In this document: positions 43,951 through 54,200 of the stretch, piece by piece | How the letters are laid out: each line of letters opens with the position of its first letter | How positions within the stretch are numbered: the stretch's first letter is position 1 | The notes under the pieces: model-generated | Told to the model about the DNA's origin: nothing | Database searches by the model: none | Seen by the model: only the letters and a program-made list of their open reading frames with translations | Translations under genes and position numbers: made by a program | Assembly (NCBI GenBank): GCA_977862235.1 | Contig: OZ374557.1 | Span: forward strand, 4,092,001-4,156,000 | Direction: 5' to 3' | Origin: Dudresnaya verticillata | Taxonomy: Eukaryota | Length of the DNA stretch: 64,000 nt

Positions 43951-46900
43951 CGCATGCTCCGGCAGTGGAAATGTAGCTCGTCTTCTCCAAGAGCTCAGCC
44001 ATGTTCGGAAGGAGAGCGAGTGTGTGGAGAAGTCCGGGGGAGGTGAGGTTCGTAAGATGGGCGGGTTTGCTAGCGCCACAAGGCCAGATGTGAAGCTCGA
44101 GGAACTCAATCTGAGCATGGAGGAAGCCGTTGAGTTGGCCGGGGCGGCTGTACGCGGGAGTACTATGGATGGAATCGATGAGCAAGAGCTTGGAAAGTGG
44201 ACAACGAAAACGATAATTTCGTTGTTCCACACTGCACGGGAATATTACCGGAGGCCAAACATGGCGATTTCGAAGGTTATGATAGCCGTGCGGGCCCCTC
44301 CAGGAGCTAATCGGACTGAGAAGAACGAGTTTGCGTGGGTGCAGCGACAGTCGGAGAAGAGGTACGCGAGCTTATTGGCTCGTGTTGTGCTGACTCTTCT
44401 TCGCATGACCGTCAGAGCGCCGGGTGACAAGGGGTTGGTTGGAAATGAACAACTTATTGGTGCATGTAGGAGTGTGATGCAGGCATACCGAGGAGAGCAG
44501 GGATGTGACGTTGTTGAAAATTTTCAAGAGGTGCACAATGTGACGACACCCTCTGTCTTGGCAATGTACGGTGTGCTATCGGCGTTGTTCTATGAGAAGG
44601 CGAGTGTGGACCACGGAAGTCGCCACTGTGCTGCCCATGTATTGACGGCCTGTCTGGGTGTCAAGCGTGCAGGGAAGGGGAACACCTACTCCCAAGGGAA
44701 GGATATGTCTCCAATCCTCGCAGCTTTGGCGTATGCTTGTTCTCGCTGTGCCTTCATAGACATTTGTGGGACGGGGGAGAACGGGAGTTGCGATGAGAAG
44801 CTGACCGAGGTTGAGACCAAGCACGCAGCTGGCGGAAGTCTTGGAATACATGTCCTGCAAGCCATTTGCCTTCAGGCTAGAAGATTTAGGACTGAAGAGT
44901 ATGCCCGAAACACTTGGATGGCGTGCGACAATCCCGAGCACGAGGGATTGTACTGCGGATATGTGGAGGGACTTCACATCAGTCCGAAAGATATCGGAGG
45001 GAGCGTGTTGTGGATGCAATCCGAGGCTGTCAAGTTAATGTTCTCGCGGAATGGGATCATGAACGGAGTAAGACCACCGGCGAATTTGCAAGCTCGTCTT
45101 TCCGCGATGGTGGATAACACATCCAAGAAGGATGTGCATTACGGTATTGTTGTCGAAGAGAAGAATGCCGAAACCGTTGAAGAATGCCGAGGGTATGTTG
45201 CAGCTGCAGTGAAGGAGATGGGAAGTCTTGACGAGAAGGGGTTCAACAAACGGGCGAGGGAGATGCTGTCGATGTTGAGGAAGTTCAACGTTCTCGTGAT
45301 AGCTTGCATGCACCTTTCTGGTGGGAATGTATCTCGGGGGACAGAGCTTGGGCACTTGGCTGTTCGCAACACGAGCAATGGTCCGCGGGGAATCCAACTT
45401 CCTGGTGGTCCTCGAATTGCTCTCATCCCGTCCTACGATAAGACGAGGAACATGAAGAGGGGTAGGATGCGCGTCATTAGCAAGCACCCTGATGTGGTGA
45501 CGAGTAACCTGGTGAAGTTGATGATTGTGGTTGGAATGGAGCTTCGTCTGGCATTGTCACGTGTGCTGGGCGGGGGCAACTCAGGTTCTGGTCTCGAAGT
45601 GGATGAAGACGGGAAGTACAACTACTTGATGCCCACGGATAGACATCGCAACGGATGCTTGACGGAGGCAGCCAACATGTGGAGAAGATTTGGTTTGCCG
45701 GAAGAATACAAGGCGGAGACTCATCGACAATGGCTTGGAGGCTATGCCAACGACAAGGCCATGGAAGATGCGAATGTTGGATATGTGGCAGGGATACTGA
45801 ACCATGGCCAATCGGTAGGAGACGAGGAAGCTGGTACAAGGAACGGGAACCTTGGCAGTACAATACAGCTTCAGGGGGCGCACTCGGTACACATTGCCAA
45901 AAGTCTGTATGGAAGGTGTACTCCCAACATTGCTGGTGGAGGCAATGTCGATGACCGCAGTATGAAGCGATTTAAGGCTGCCTCCGACGCTTGGCTGGAG
46001 GATTGTGGCCTAGCCGACCGAAAGGATTGGAATTCTCTGGAGGTGGATCTTGTGATCAGAGAAGAAGAAGAGGTGGGGCCGGAAGAACCGAACGAAAATG
46101 GGAACGGGAGCTGCGCTCTGCGTGAAGGGCTTGATGGTGGTAGGCAACCTGATGTTCGGAGGAAGTTGTTGTTTCCAAAGTGTCCGCAAGACGAACCGTG
46201 CCGGCCAACGAAGAGGACACCAGAACCGGTGGGCGATGGGCGAAATGACGAGCAAGTTGGTTGCGAGGAGGGGGTTTTGATCTCGCTAGACGATGTGGAC
46301 GAAATTCAGCAATTTAGCCTGAGCAGCCAAGACCGGTTGGGGAATGTGGCATGTGGAGACGAAAGTATTGAGGAGTTAACCGGTTCCGCGTATCCAGATA
46401 ATGCTTCACAGCGCAGAGATGTTGAACACTGTGACGAGCCTGTCAGCCATGCGGCCACAGCGCACCGGCTTGACAACACGGGAAACCAAGGATGTGCAAC
46501 AGTTGGAAATTTCCAAGAGCTGCACAACTCTGATGGCGGGGTTTCCGTTGCGTACCCGCATCATGTCCCGCATTGTGACACGGTTGAAAATTTTGAAGAG
46601 TGTCACAAGTCTGGTTTCAACGATGAGCAGATCGCAACCCGGAGTACTGCAGCTTCCGCAGCTTCCGGATCTGAAACGCTCGCAAATCATCGAGAGTGTC
46701 TCAATGTAGAAGCTAGTGGGAAGCAATCGTCCCCGAACGACACCTCGCGATGTGCAGATGTTGAAAATTTTCAAGCTCTGCACAAGAATGAAACGAGCAG
46801 AGGATCCGGAAGGAAGCTCCAAAAGAAGGCGAGCGATGATGTCGAGGCAACCACCAACTCGGGATTGGAAGCGTCTGGGAAAGGCGACGAAGGTGGGAAG

Positions 46901-49510
46901 GCTGGGAAGAAGAGGGTCCGCTTCGCAGGAGAAGTTGAGGCCTACGACGTGGCAGGCAAACGTCAGAAGATGTCGTGTGGCAGTATGGCCCCGAGCGTGC
47001 GGCTTCGCGGAACCAGTTCTGGGACGAGGGCAACAACGCAGCAGTCTGTACGCGAAGGGCCGAGGGGGGAGTTGGTGAGGAATGGAACGGAAGGAGGAGG
47101 TTCGGAAGGGAAAAGGCCATGTCTACGAGGGGAGGGACGGTGTTCGTCAGGGAATGCTGAAAGGAGTGAAGAAAGGAGTGAACTACTAAGAAAATTCGCC
47201 ACTGCTGTGGAAGAAATGGAGAAGCGCAAGGAGGAATTCGAAACAGCAATCAGAAAGAGTGACGAAGAATTTACGCGGGCAAGGCAAGAGCGTGACAACT
47301 CGAGAGAGGGAGGCCGAAACGAATCTAGTGCACGTAGAAGGGGTGGGGATCCGAGAAGCAGCACTGTACTGGCGACAAACGGTGCAGCTGCATGGGATAT
47401 ACAGGAATGCCTTGCTCGTGCTGTTGGGGTTCCAAATGCGGAGTTTCGCTCCGAGAACCAGAGGCAGGCAATGGAACACGTGATCCGCCGGGAAAGCGAT
47501 GCTTTGGTAGTGTTGAGAACTGGGGGTGGCAAAACCGCAGTAATATTTGGACCGGCGTTGTGCGAGGAAGGTGTAACGATATTTATTTGCCCGTTACGGG
47601 CCTTGAGAGAGGAGATCAAGACGCGGTGTGACGCGATTAACCTGTCGGCTATGTCCTTTGATGATGTGGACTCGGTAGAAGATCTTCAAGGGTTTAACCA
47701 GGGCGTGATACTTACAGCTCCTGAGAACGTGTCATCGCGAAGGTACAAGGGGGCTCTTCGGGTGCTGCACAGTGAGGGCAAACTGATGAGGGTTGTTGTT
47801 GATGAGGCCCATCTCGTTGTCGTTGCAGCACACTACCGTGACTGTATGCTACGCATGCGACATGCACGTCCGTGCGGTGTGACGGTGCCTGTCGTTCTGA
47901 TGACGGCAACTTCTCCTCTGCACCTACAGCGCCGGATAATTGCTGCGAGTGGTGCTGATGTGGACGACACGGTGGTTATACGGGGCAGCTTGAGGCGGGA
48001 CAATTTGGGGTTTGCTGTCCAAATGCTGAAGGGTTCCAAGGCGGAGGAAGTATTTGGTCCAGTTGGAGACAGTGTCGTCGAAGGTGTACGGACGGCGATG
48101 TCGAGCCGCGGCGGTGGCAAAGTACTCGTATGTGTGTTGACGAAGTGCGATGCTGAGGAGATCCATGCAGCCCTGCGTGCGAGGCGGGAGCTGTCACGAG
48201 ACCGGAAGATCAGGATCACGCAGCATCACGGAGGTATGAGTGCAGAGGCGCGCGCCACGAGCGTGAACACATGGAGAACGAATGGAGCGGAAATGCTTAG
48301 TGTATGCGTGATGGTGGCAACGGAGGGCTTTGGGACTGGTATTGATGCACCTGATGTGGCCCAGACCATCATTGTTGGAAGCAGCCGGTCTCTTCTCGAG
48401 ATGTACCAAGTTTCTGGTCGTGTGGGCCGAGATGGGGGAAGCGGTGCCGTGTCCATTCTGCACCACCGCGATTTCGAAAATCAGGCGAATGTCCGGGACA
48501 CGGAGGCTGTGACGGCGCTGAAGCGGTTTCAACGATGGGCCGAGGACACGTCAAAGTGTCGGTGGGCGGAACTCGCCCGGTACCTTGGATGTACGGATGG
48601 GCCACTGGAGTGCTGGAGGCGGAGGGAGATGCGGCAAGATTCGACCGTACAGTTATGTGATGTGTGTACGAGGCTTGTTTCAGCGGGTGAAGAAGAGGAG
48701 CCCGTTATCTCATCTCTAGAGACTTTCTCTTCAGGCGAGATACCTGGATCCAGCGGACCGGGCCAATCACGTGACCGTGACATCCGGAGAGCGGATGAAA
48801 ACAGAATAGCCGTTGTTCGCCAGCCAACAGCGACTGTACGCAGGCTCGCTGCTGCCCACCACGGCTTTACCGCCATGCAGGTCTGTGGAGACAATTCAGC
48901 CAGTTCTGATATTGTATGCACTCCAGAGGACAGTGTAGTTGCAGCTGTTGGCACGTCGAGCGGTGTTGGCACGGCCGTAGCGGAGCTTCGAGATCTTGCG
49001 ATGAAGCTGGGTGTAATATGCCCGCCGTGTGCGGGGAGAGCTGATCCTGGCGATGAGCAGGCAATCAAAAGGTGCCAGGAAGGGCGGCATTCCAGGGTGT
49101 GCTATTATTGGCATTGCACGCGTTGCTTGGGGACAGGGCACAGTTCAAATCAATGCACTGTACGGCCCTGGAAACGACGTGGAGGGAAGTTTGTTGGTGG
49201 TTGTTCGGAGTGCTCCATCAGAACGTTTGGATCCGAAAAGACGCATGTTGGGAGTGGCAGTCCGAAAAGGGGCCAGAATGAATACGGCTCAGCAGAGCGC
49301 TGCCCATTCACCAAACCGGTTGAAATGGCCATGATGATGTGGGAGACGAAGCCGAGGAGGGCCGAGATGCTTGCCCACAAGGGGATGCAACGGTTCCGAA
49401 GGTGCAAGACGTCGAAGGCGTTTTGCGAAGAGCTAGTTTGGGACAGACCTGGACGGTGCCCGGGTATTCTTGAATTTTGTAGATACGCCGTGGAAGTACT
49501 GGGTCTGTAG
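43898..49510 (+). CDS. Tyrosine-recombinase-like domain fused to a RecQ-family SF2 helicase with C-terminal Cys/His clusters (telomere-linked-helicase-like)
   Basis: Helicase motifs FRSENQRQA, LRTGGGKT, PLRAL, VVDEAH, MTAT, HHGGM, VATEGFGTGID, YQVSGRVGRDG and an RQC-like CRW...CDVC. Recombinase-like motifs upstream: HLSGGNVSRGTEL, YDKT, ETHRQ, QGAHS..IAKSLYG. The helicase call is firm; the recombinase call is an inference. Confidence 0.85.
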   Translation: MLLGMRFRWAKGESERADACSGSGNVARLLQELSHVRKESECVEKSGGGEVRKMGGFASATRPDVKLEELNLSMEEAVELAGAAVRGSTMDGIDEQELGKWTTKTIISLFHTAREYYRRPNMAISKVMIAVRAPPGANRTEKNEFAWVQRQSEKRYASLLARVVLTLLRMTVRAPGDKGLVGNEQLIGACRSVMQAYRGEQGCDVVENFQEVHNVTTPSVLAMYGVLSALFYEKASVDHGSRHCAAHVLTACLGVKRAGKGNTYSQGKDMSPILAALAYACSRCAFIDICGTGENGSCDEKLTEVETKHAAGGSLGIHVLQAICLQARRFRTEEYARNTWMACDNPEHEGLYCGYVEGLHISPKDIGGSVLWMQSEAVKLMFSRNGIMNGVRPPANLQARLSAMVDNTSKKDVHYGIVVEEKNAETVEECRGYVAAAVKEMGSLDEKGFNKRAREMLSMLRKFNVLVIACMHLSGGNVSRGTELGHLAVRNTSNGPRGIQLPGGPRIALIPSYDKTRNMKRGRMRVISKHPDVVTSNLVKLMIVVGMELRLALSRVLGGGNSGSGLEVDEDGKYNYLMPTDRHRNGCLTEAANMWRRFGLPEEYKAETHRQWLGGYANDKAMEDANVGYVAGILNHGQSVGDEEAGTRNGNLGSTIQLQGAHSVHIAKSLYGRCTPNIAGGGNVDDRSMKRFKAASDAWLEDCGLADRKDWNSLEVDLVIREEEEVGPEEPNENGNGSCALREGLDGGRQPDVRRKLLFPKCPQDEPCRPTKRTPEPVGDGRNDEQVGCEEGVLISLDDVDEIQQFSLSSQDRLGNVACGDESIEELTGSAYPDNASQRRDVEHCDEPVSHAATAHRLDNTGNQGCATVGNFQELHNSDGGVSVAYPHHVPHCDTVENFEECHKSGFNDEQIATRSTAASAASGSETLANHRECLNVEASGKQSSPNDTSRCADVENFQALHKNETSRGSGRKLQKKASDDVEATTNSGLEASGKGDEGGKAGKKRVRFAGEVEAYDVAGKRQKMSCGSMAPSVRLRGTSSGTRATTQQSVREGPRGELVRNGTEGGGSEGKRPCLRGEGRCSSGNAERSEERSELLRKFATAVEEMEKRKEEFETAIRKSDEEFTRARQERDNSREGGRNESSARRRGGDPRSSTVLATNGAAAWDIQECLARAVGVPNAEFRSENQRQAMEHVIRRESDALVVLRTGGGKTAVIFGPALCEEGVTIFICPLRALREEIKTRCDAINLSAMSFDDVDSVEDLQGFNQGVILTAPENVSSRRYKGALRVLHSEGKLMRVVVDEAHLVVVAAHYRDCMLRMRHARPCGVTVPVVLMTATSPLHLQRRIIAASGADVDDTVVIRGSLRRDNLGFAVQMLKGSKAEEVFGPVGDSVVEGVRTAMSSRGGGKVLVCVLTKCDAEEIHAALRARRELSRDRKIRITQHHGGMSAEARATSVNTWRTNGAEMLSVCVMVATEGFGTGIDAPDVAQTIIVGSSRSLLEMYQVSGRVGRDGGSGAVSILHHRDFENQANVRDTEAVTALKRFQRWAEDTSKCRWAELARYLGCTDGPLECWRRREMRQDSTVQLCDVCTRLVSAGEEEEPVISSLETFSSGEIPGSSGPGQSRDRDIRRADENRIAVVRQPTATVRRLAAAHHGFTAMQVCGDNSASSDIVCTPEDSVVAAVGTSSGVGTAVAELRDLAMKLGVICPPCAGRADPGDEQAIKRCQEGRHSRVCYYWHCTRCLGTGHSSNQCTVRPWKRRGGKFVGGCSECSIRTFGSEKTHVGSGSPKRGQNEYGSAERCPFTKPVEMAMMMWETKPRRAEMLAHKGMQRFRRCKTSKAFCEELVWDRPGRCPGILEFCRYAVEVLGL

Positions 49511-49570
49511 TAGAGTAATAGTGCAACGGGCGACATAAAGTGAATTTGAACACACGTATTGTGTATAGAC

Positions 49571-50275
49571 TGTGAGACTTTTGAAAATTTCCGAGAGCTT
49601 CACAGAACGGGCGGTACAGTATGAATGAAACGCGACTGCCTGTGAAGCTCTTGAAAATTTACAACAGTCGCACTGAAACTGTACATCTTGTAGCGGCGTC
49701 CGTTGCTTCCAGACGACTCTTGAAAATTTCCGACATCGTCAGATGCAGACAATTGTGTTTTTGCACGAAGGGTGAGACTCGTAAACATTTCCGAGAGTTT
49801 CCCGCAACCACGGAAGGCGGTTTAGAACAGACGGGTTGTGCAGCTCTTGCAGATTTACAAGAGCTGCACAATGTAAATGTTGTAGGGATTTCGATTGCTT
49901 TTGTGCAACTCTGGAAAACTTCCAACAGCTTCACGTACAGACAATGGTAGTGCTGCACGAAGGATGAGACTCTTGAAAAATCCGGAGGACCACGGAATGC
50001 GGTTGAGAACAGACGGTTTGTGCAGCTCTTGCAAATTTACAAGAGCTGCACAGTAACCCGTATATGTTGTAATGATGTCGATTGTGCAACCCTTGAAAAT
50101 TTCCAACAGCTGCACATAAACACAATGGTAGTGCTGCACGAAGAATGAGACTCTTGAAAAATCCGGTGGACCACGGAATGCGGTTGAGAACAGACGGTTT
50201 GTGCAGCTCTTGCAAATTTACAAGAGCTGCACAGTAACCCGTATATGTTGCAGTGATGTCGATTGCTTTTGTGCA
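49571..50275 (+). repeat. Array of 34-bp palindromic motifs downstream of the helicase gene, partly organised as ~181-bp tandem units
   Basis: Clear motifs start at 49571, 49641, 49837, 49902, 50019, 50083 and 50200, with degenerate ones at ~49710, 49771, 49963 and 50144. Perfect 13-bp arms at 49837, 50019 and 50200. Confidence 0.93.
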
Positions 50276-50906
50276 ACACGTACTATCGGAATGAAATGCT
50301 TCGACTTGTTGTGGTGGGTGGGGTGTATGTGCATCGCAGGGAGTACCGAAGGGAGCGGGAAGTTGTCCTTGACTGTAGGGCAGCGGTAGCGGGTGTGGCG
50401 CGTGCAGAACAATGAAATGCACAGGGAAGAAAATCCTCGACGCGGGGTGGCGGCTTGTGTAGCATGCGGTGCGTTCCGGCGAGTGTAAGCTGCTTGGGCA
50501 CGGCGGTAGTCGGTCTCGAACGCGAGGCCATGGGGCGGGCGGAGGCAACGGACCCACACCATGTTTGGTGGGACAGTTGATGCGGAAGGCGGGAAGAAAT
50601 TCCGACGGTGGTGGTGTTGCAGCTGGAGTTGTGTGAGGTGGAGAGTGTGCCAGCTGCGCCGGTGGAGCGGGCAGCGGAAACCCCGCAACGACCCGGCTGG
50701 CGGGTGTGCGGGTTTTGGAAGTGCGACGGAGAGGCGCGAGCACAGCAGCCACGCGGTGGGCGCGCACGTTGATGTGGGCGAGGGTATGGGAGGGCGGCGG
50801 CAGTGAAGCTGAGGGGAAGGCCCGAGAACCGAGAAATATTGTCACGGGCGCGGCAGTAGGGCAGGGCAGAGGTTTTGTGCCTGCAACGCGGCGGCGACGA
50901 GGATGC

Positions 50907-51256
50907 GAAGGGCGAGGGCAGGGCGAAGAGGTTGCAGAAGCAGTGGTACGGGAGTGAGGGGAGGGCTTGTTGAGACCGCGGAGGGGAGGGCGTTGCCGGA
51001 AGCTTGCGGCGTGATCGAGGGTGTGGCGAGGAGGAAATGGCGCGGGGTGCGCAACGGGTAGGCACGCAACGCCTAGAATTCTGAGGGCGAGGGCAGGGCG
51101 AAGAGGTTGCAGAAGCGATAGTACGGGAGTGAGGGGAGGGCTTGTTGAGAACGCGGAGGGGAGGGCGTTGCCGCAAGGTTGCGGCGTGATCGCGTCGGTG
51201 TGGCGAGGAGGAAATGGCGCGGGGCGCGCAACGGGTAGGTACGCAACGCCTAGAAT
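50907..51256 (+). repeat. G-rich tandem duplication, period ~177 bp, 2 copies
   Basis: agggcgagggcagggcgaagaggttgcagaagc...cgcaacgcctagaat at ~50907 and ~51084. Confidence 0.9.
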
Positions 51257-54200
51257 GCGCCATGCGCACAGTATGACGCGGGAGTGGGAGCATGGTGGCG
51301 TATGTCGAGGTACTAGAGATCCCCGGGTGAGACGGTTAGAAAAACCCAAAATAATTATAGAAATGGGGACGTGCGGGAAAAGTCGAAACTGACACTGACA
51401 GACACTGACAGAGCCATTTCTGTGGTCTTGCGTAGCTTAGTCGGTGGGCACACAGAAAGTAACATTATTTCTGAACTCCCCGGCGAGCGGCATGGTCGCT
51501 TGGCGAATAGAAGAATAACTTCCATTCCGTTGTGACGAAACCGGGGTAGATGTCGACTTTATTTGCTTTAGGACGTAGTTGCTGGATTGCCGAACTCGAA
51601 TGTCTCCACAGCATCAGCGTTCATGTTCCTCACAACGTTTCAGTAGTGGTTGGATGGTTGGCTCTGTTACTCTCATTTAAATTGTGGTCGATTTCGGTGG
51701 TAGTTGATGCTTGTAGCGGTTGTTCCTGCTCCGTTCCATTACTGTAGAAGTACAATATGATGGTTAGAAACTGGACATACAACTGCCATAGTGAATTTAT
51801 ACAAGCCTGCTTCTGGTTCCGCTTCAGCTGTACTCAAACAAAGTACCATAATATCATTCTTATCGCTTTAGTCAAGTCCTCCCCCAGGGGAGCTTTATTT
51901 TTCTGTCCTTCCCTTCGCGGCATCTTTTCCTCGAATGGAGGTTGTTCATTCTTTTCCTCCCCGCTTCGACTGCCATTCTTTAAATAGAGAGCCGTTGAAC
52001 ATCCACTCCATAGCTGAGACCCAGTATTGGCAACTGGATGCAGGTCGCGCCCGCGAAAGGAGGTCGCGGCGCCAGCATGCCCACGCACCCGAGGCATGAA
52101 GCGGCTTGAAGCTGAGACGTTTGCCTATGTTCTGTTCTCTGAAGCCGTTTGTATTTTTAATTTGTATATGTTACGTTGTACTAGTTTGAGAATTCGCTCT
52201 CCAGCACTTCGAACGCGGTAGACAGGGGAAGGCTGAGACGCGTGGGTAGAGAAAAACGGAGATCCACAACAACATCGAGAGCTATAGCAAAAGATTGATG
52301 GCCACTCATTCAACCTGCTTCTATATAATTTTACGTTTGTTGTCTGCCCGGAAGGGGTTTTGTAAACAAGCTACTGCTACTGACTCACGTTAACACCCGG
52401 ATTCTTTAATAAGCGCGCTCTCAATGTGCGAGCAATGAGGTTTAGCTACAGCAAGTTGTTGTTGGTGCACGAATGCCACGGCCTACTCCTGTCCCGACGC
52501 AGTTCCCGCGCTAACAGAATTGAAGATCGCAGACACAGACATCAAAGACTTGACAATTATCTTGTAATGTACGCAACGCGCTTTCCACTACTTATACAGG
52601 ACGTTCGTGACACCGCTTCGCAGTGGACTACGATTTGCTTCTCACTGTACTTAATCCCCAGCTGCGGCGATGACTGAACGATGTCCAGTGTGTAGCGCCC
52701 CTCGACGACCAGTCGCAGGCGCAGACGCGTGAAACCCCGGTCTGTCCCGAAGGTGTATGATGGGGACGCGCCGATGCAAGGACAGTGGGTGGGCAGTTCT
52801 GGGTCTGTGCTGCACCACTGTCACATTGCCAATGTACCACAACAGTAGTAACATGGTTCTCGTCGCTTGACAAGATGCTTCAATAACGAGCAAGCTGCCG
52901 TAGCTGCCGCGCATATTCTCATCTGCCGCTATCGTCGCGGATGCGGCGGACGGCGCTCGCGGAGGGCGTGCAGTGTAGCGCACGCATCCACGACGATATG
53001 CTTTTGTTTGCTCACCAATTTGAGTACCGTGTGTCGATCTCGTTCTCCTCTTCGCCGCGGTGCACATATGGGTGTCCACGTTTCCCCGCGCACGAATCGT
53101 TCCGTATGTGGTTCTTTCTACGCGCATTGTGTGCGGAGCGGGTACGAAGGTACGGCGCGAGCGCAGGAGGCGGGGGTGACAGTGATCATTAGACGGTGGC
53201 GCGTTTGACGACGCAGCGGACAGACATCCGTGTTCAATTTGTGACAGACGGGCAGGGACGCAAGCGGTATGTATCAATTCCGGGCTCGGCGCCGGGTGGG
53301 TTGTACAGCATTCCATAATACGGGGCGCACACGTTCCTCTCCCTTGCGTCATTGGAGGCTAAGCACGTTGCAACGGAGTGCCAGAGTCGTATAACAATAA
53401 GCGCAGGTGGCGTCGTGATAGCGGTTGCAGAACGCGTCCCGTAGCTATCCATCATGATATAGCTTGCAACTTTTGTAACTTACCCAATGTAGTTGTTCTA
53501 AGTCACCCTACTCGCCACAATCTTTAAACGTCGGAAATGTTAGGGCAAAGCCACTATCCTTCAGAGAAAACAAGCTTTTATGGCATTGTAAAACATTGTT
53601 TGAACAAACAGAAGTGGCGTTACCCATTGCATGCAAACTGAAGCAAGACTGACATGCCTTTCGGCGGCAAGTAAAACTGCTATGAGATGCTCTCACCAGT
53701 GAACCTGGATATGTAAACCACCGCGAGATATGTAAACCCCAAATGCCACCTTGGACTCTCCTACAATAGCCACACGCGTGCCCCAAAAGTTGTTGCAAAT
53801 TTCTACCCCGAGTACAACAAGCACCTTCGTAGCCTGATGACACTCTCGCTGTAGCAAGACAGCACGTCCACGAACAGCGTCGTGCAAATCAAGAAATGCA
53901 ACCCGACTGACGGCGTTTCAGGTGGCGCAGCAACGAAGGACACCGCGTTTGTACCCATAGTCTGCTATCATCGAAGTGCCCGGATTGTCCCTTCACGAGT
54001 TGCAAAGCTCCGTGCTAAGCTAGGCCTCCCGGACGCGTCGCGGAGACCTCACGCTGCCAACGGGAATTGAAGCATACCCTCCTCAACCAGCTGCAGAAAG
54101 TAACAAGAGGTAGCAAGGCCACAGCGGTCTAGGCCGCGGCGCATCCTCCCACCGCATTCCAGCACCGCCCAGACGCAGGGCACCAAACTACACTACGAAA

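Noticed and set aside
43898..49510. Housekeeping RecQ (BLM/WRN/SGS1) or Helitron RepHel
   Set aside because: No HRDC-like C-terminus, and the N-terminus is TLH-like. Helitrons use a PIF1-type SF1 helicase with an HUH motif, whereas this is a DEAH SF2 helicase.
49931..51349. 472-aa and 336-aa minus-strand ORFs
   Set aside because: They run through tandem repeats and GC-rich low-complexity DNA and show no protein-like motifs.
53785..53810. Extra 34-bp motif copy (gttgcaaatttc)
   Set aside because: Only the core matches and the arms are absent; consistent with chance.
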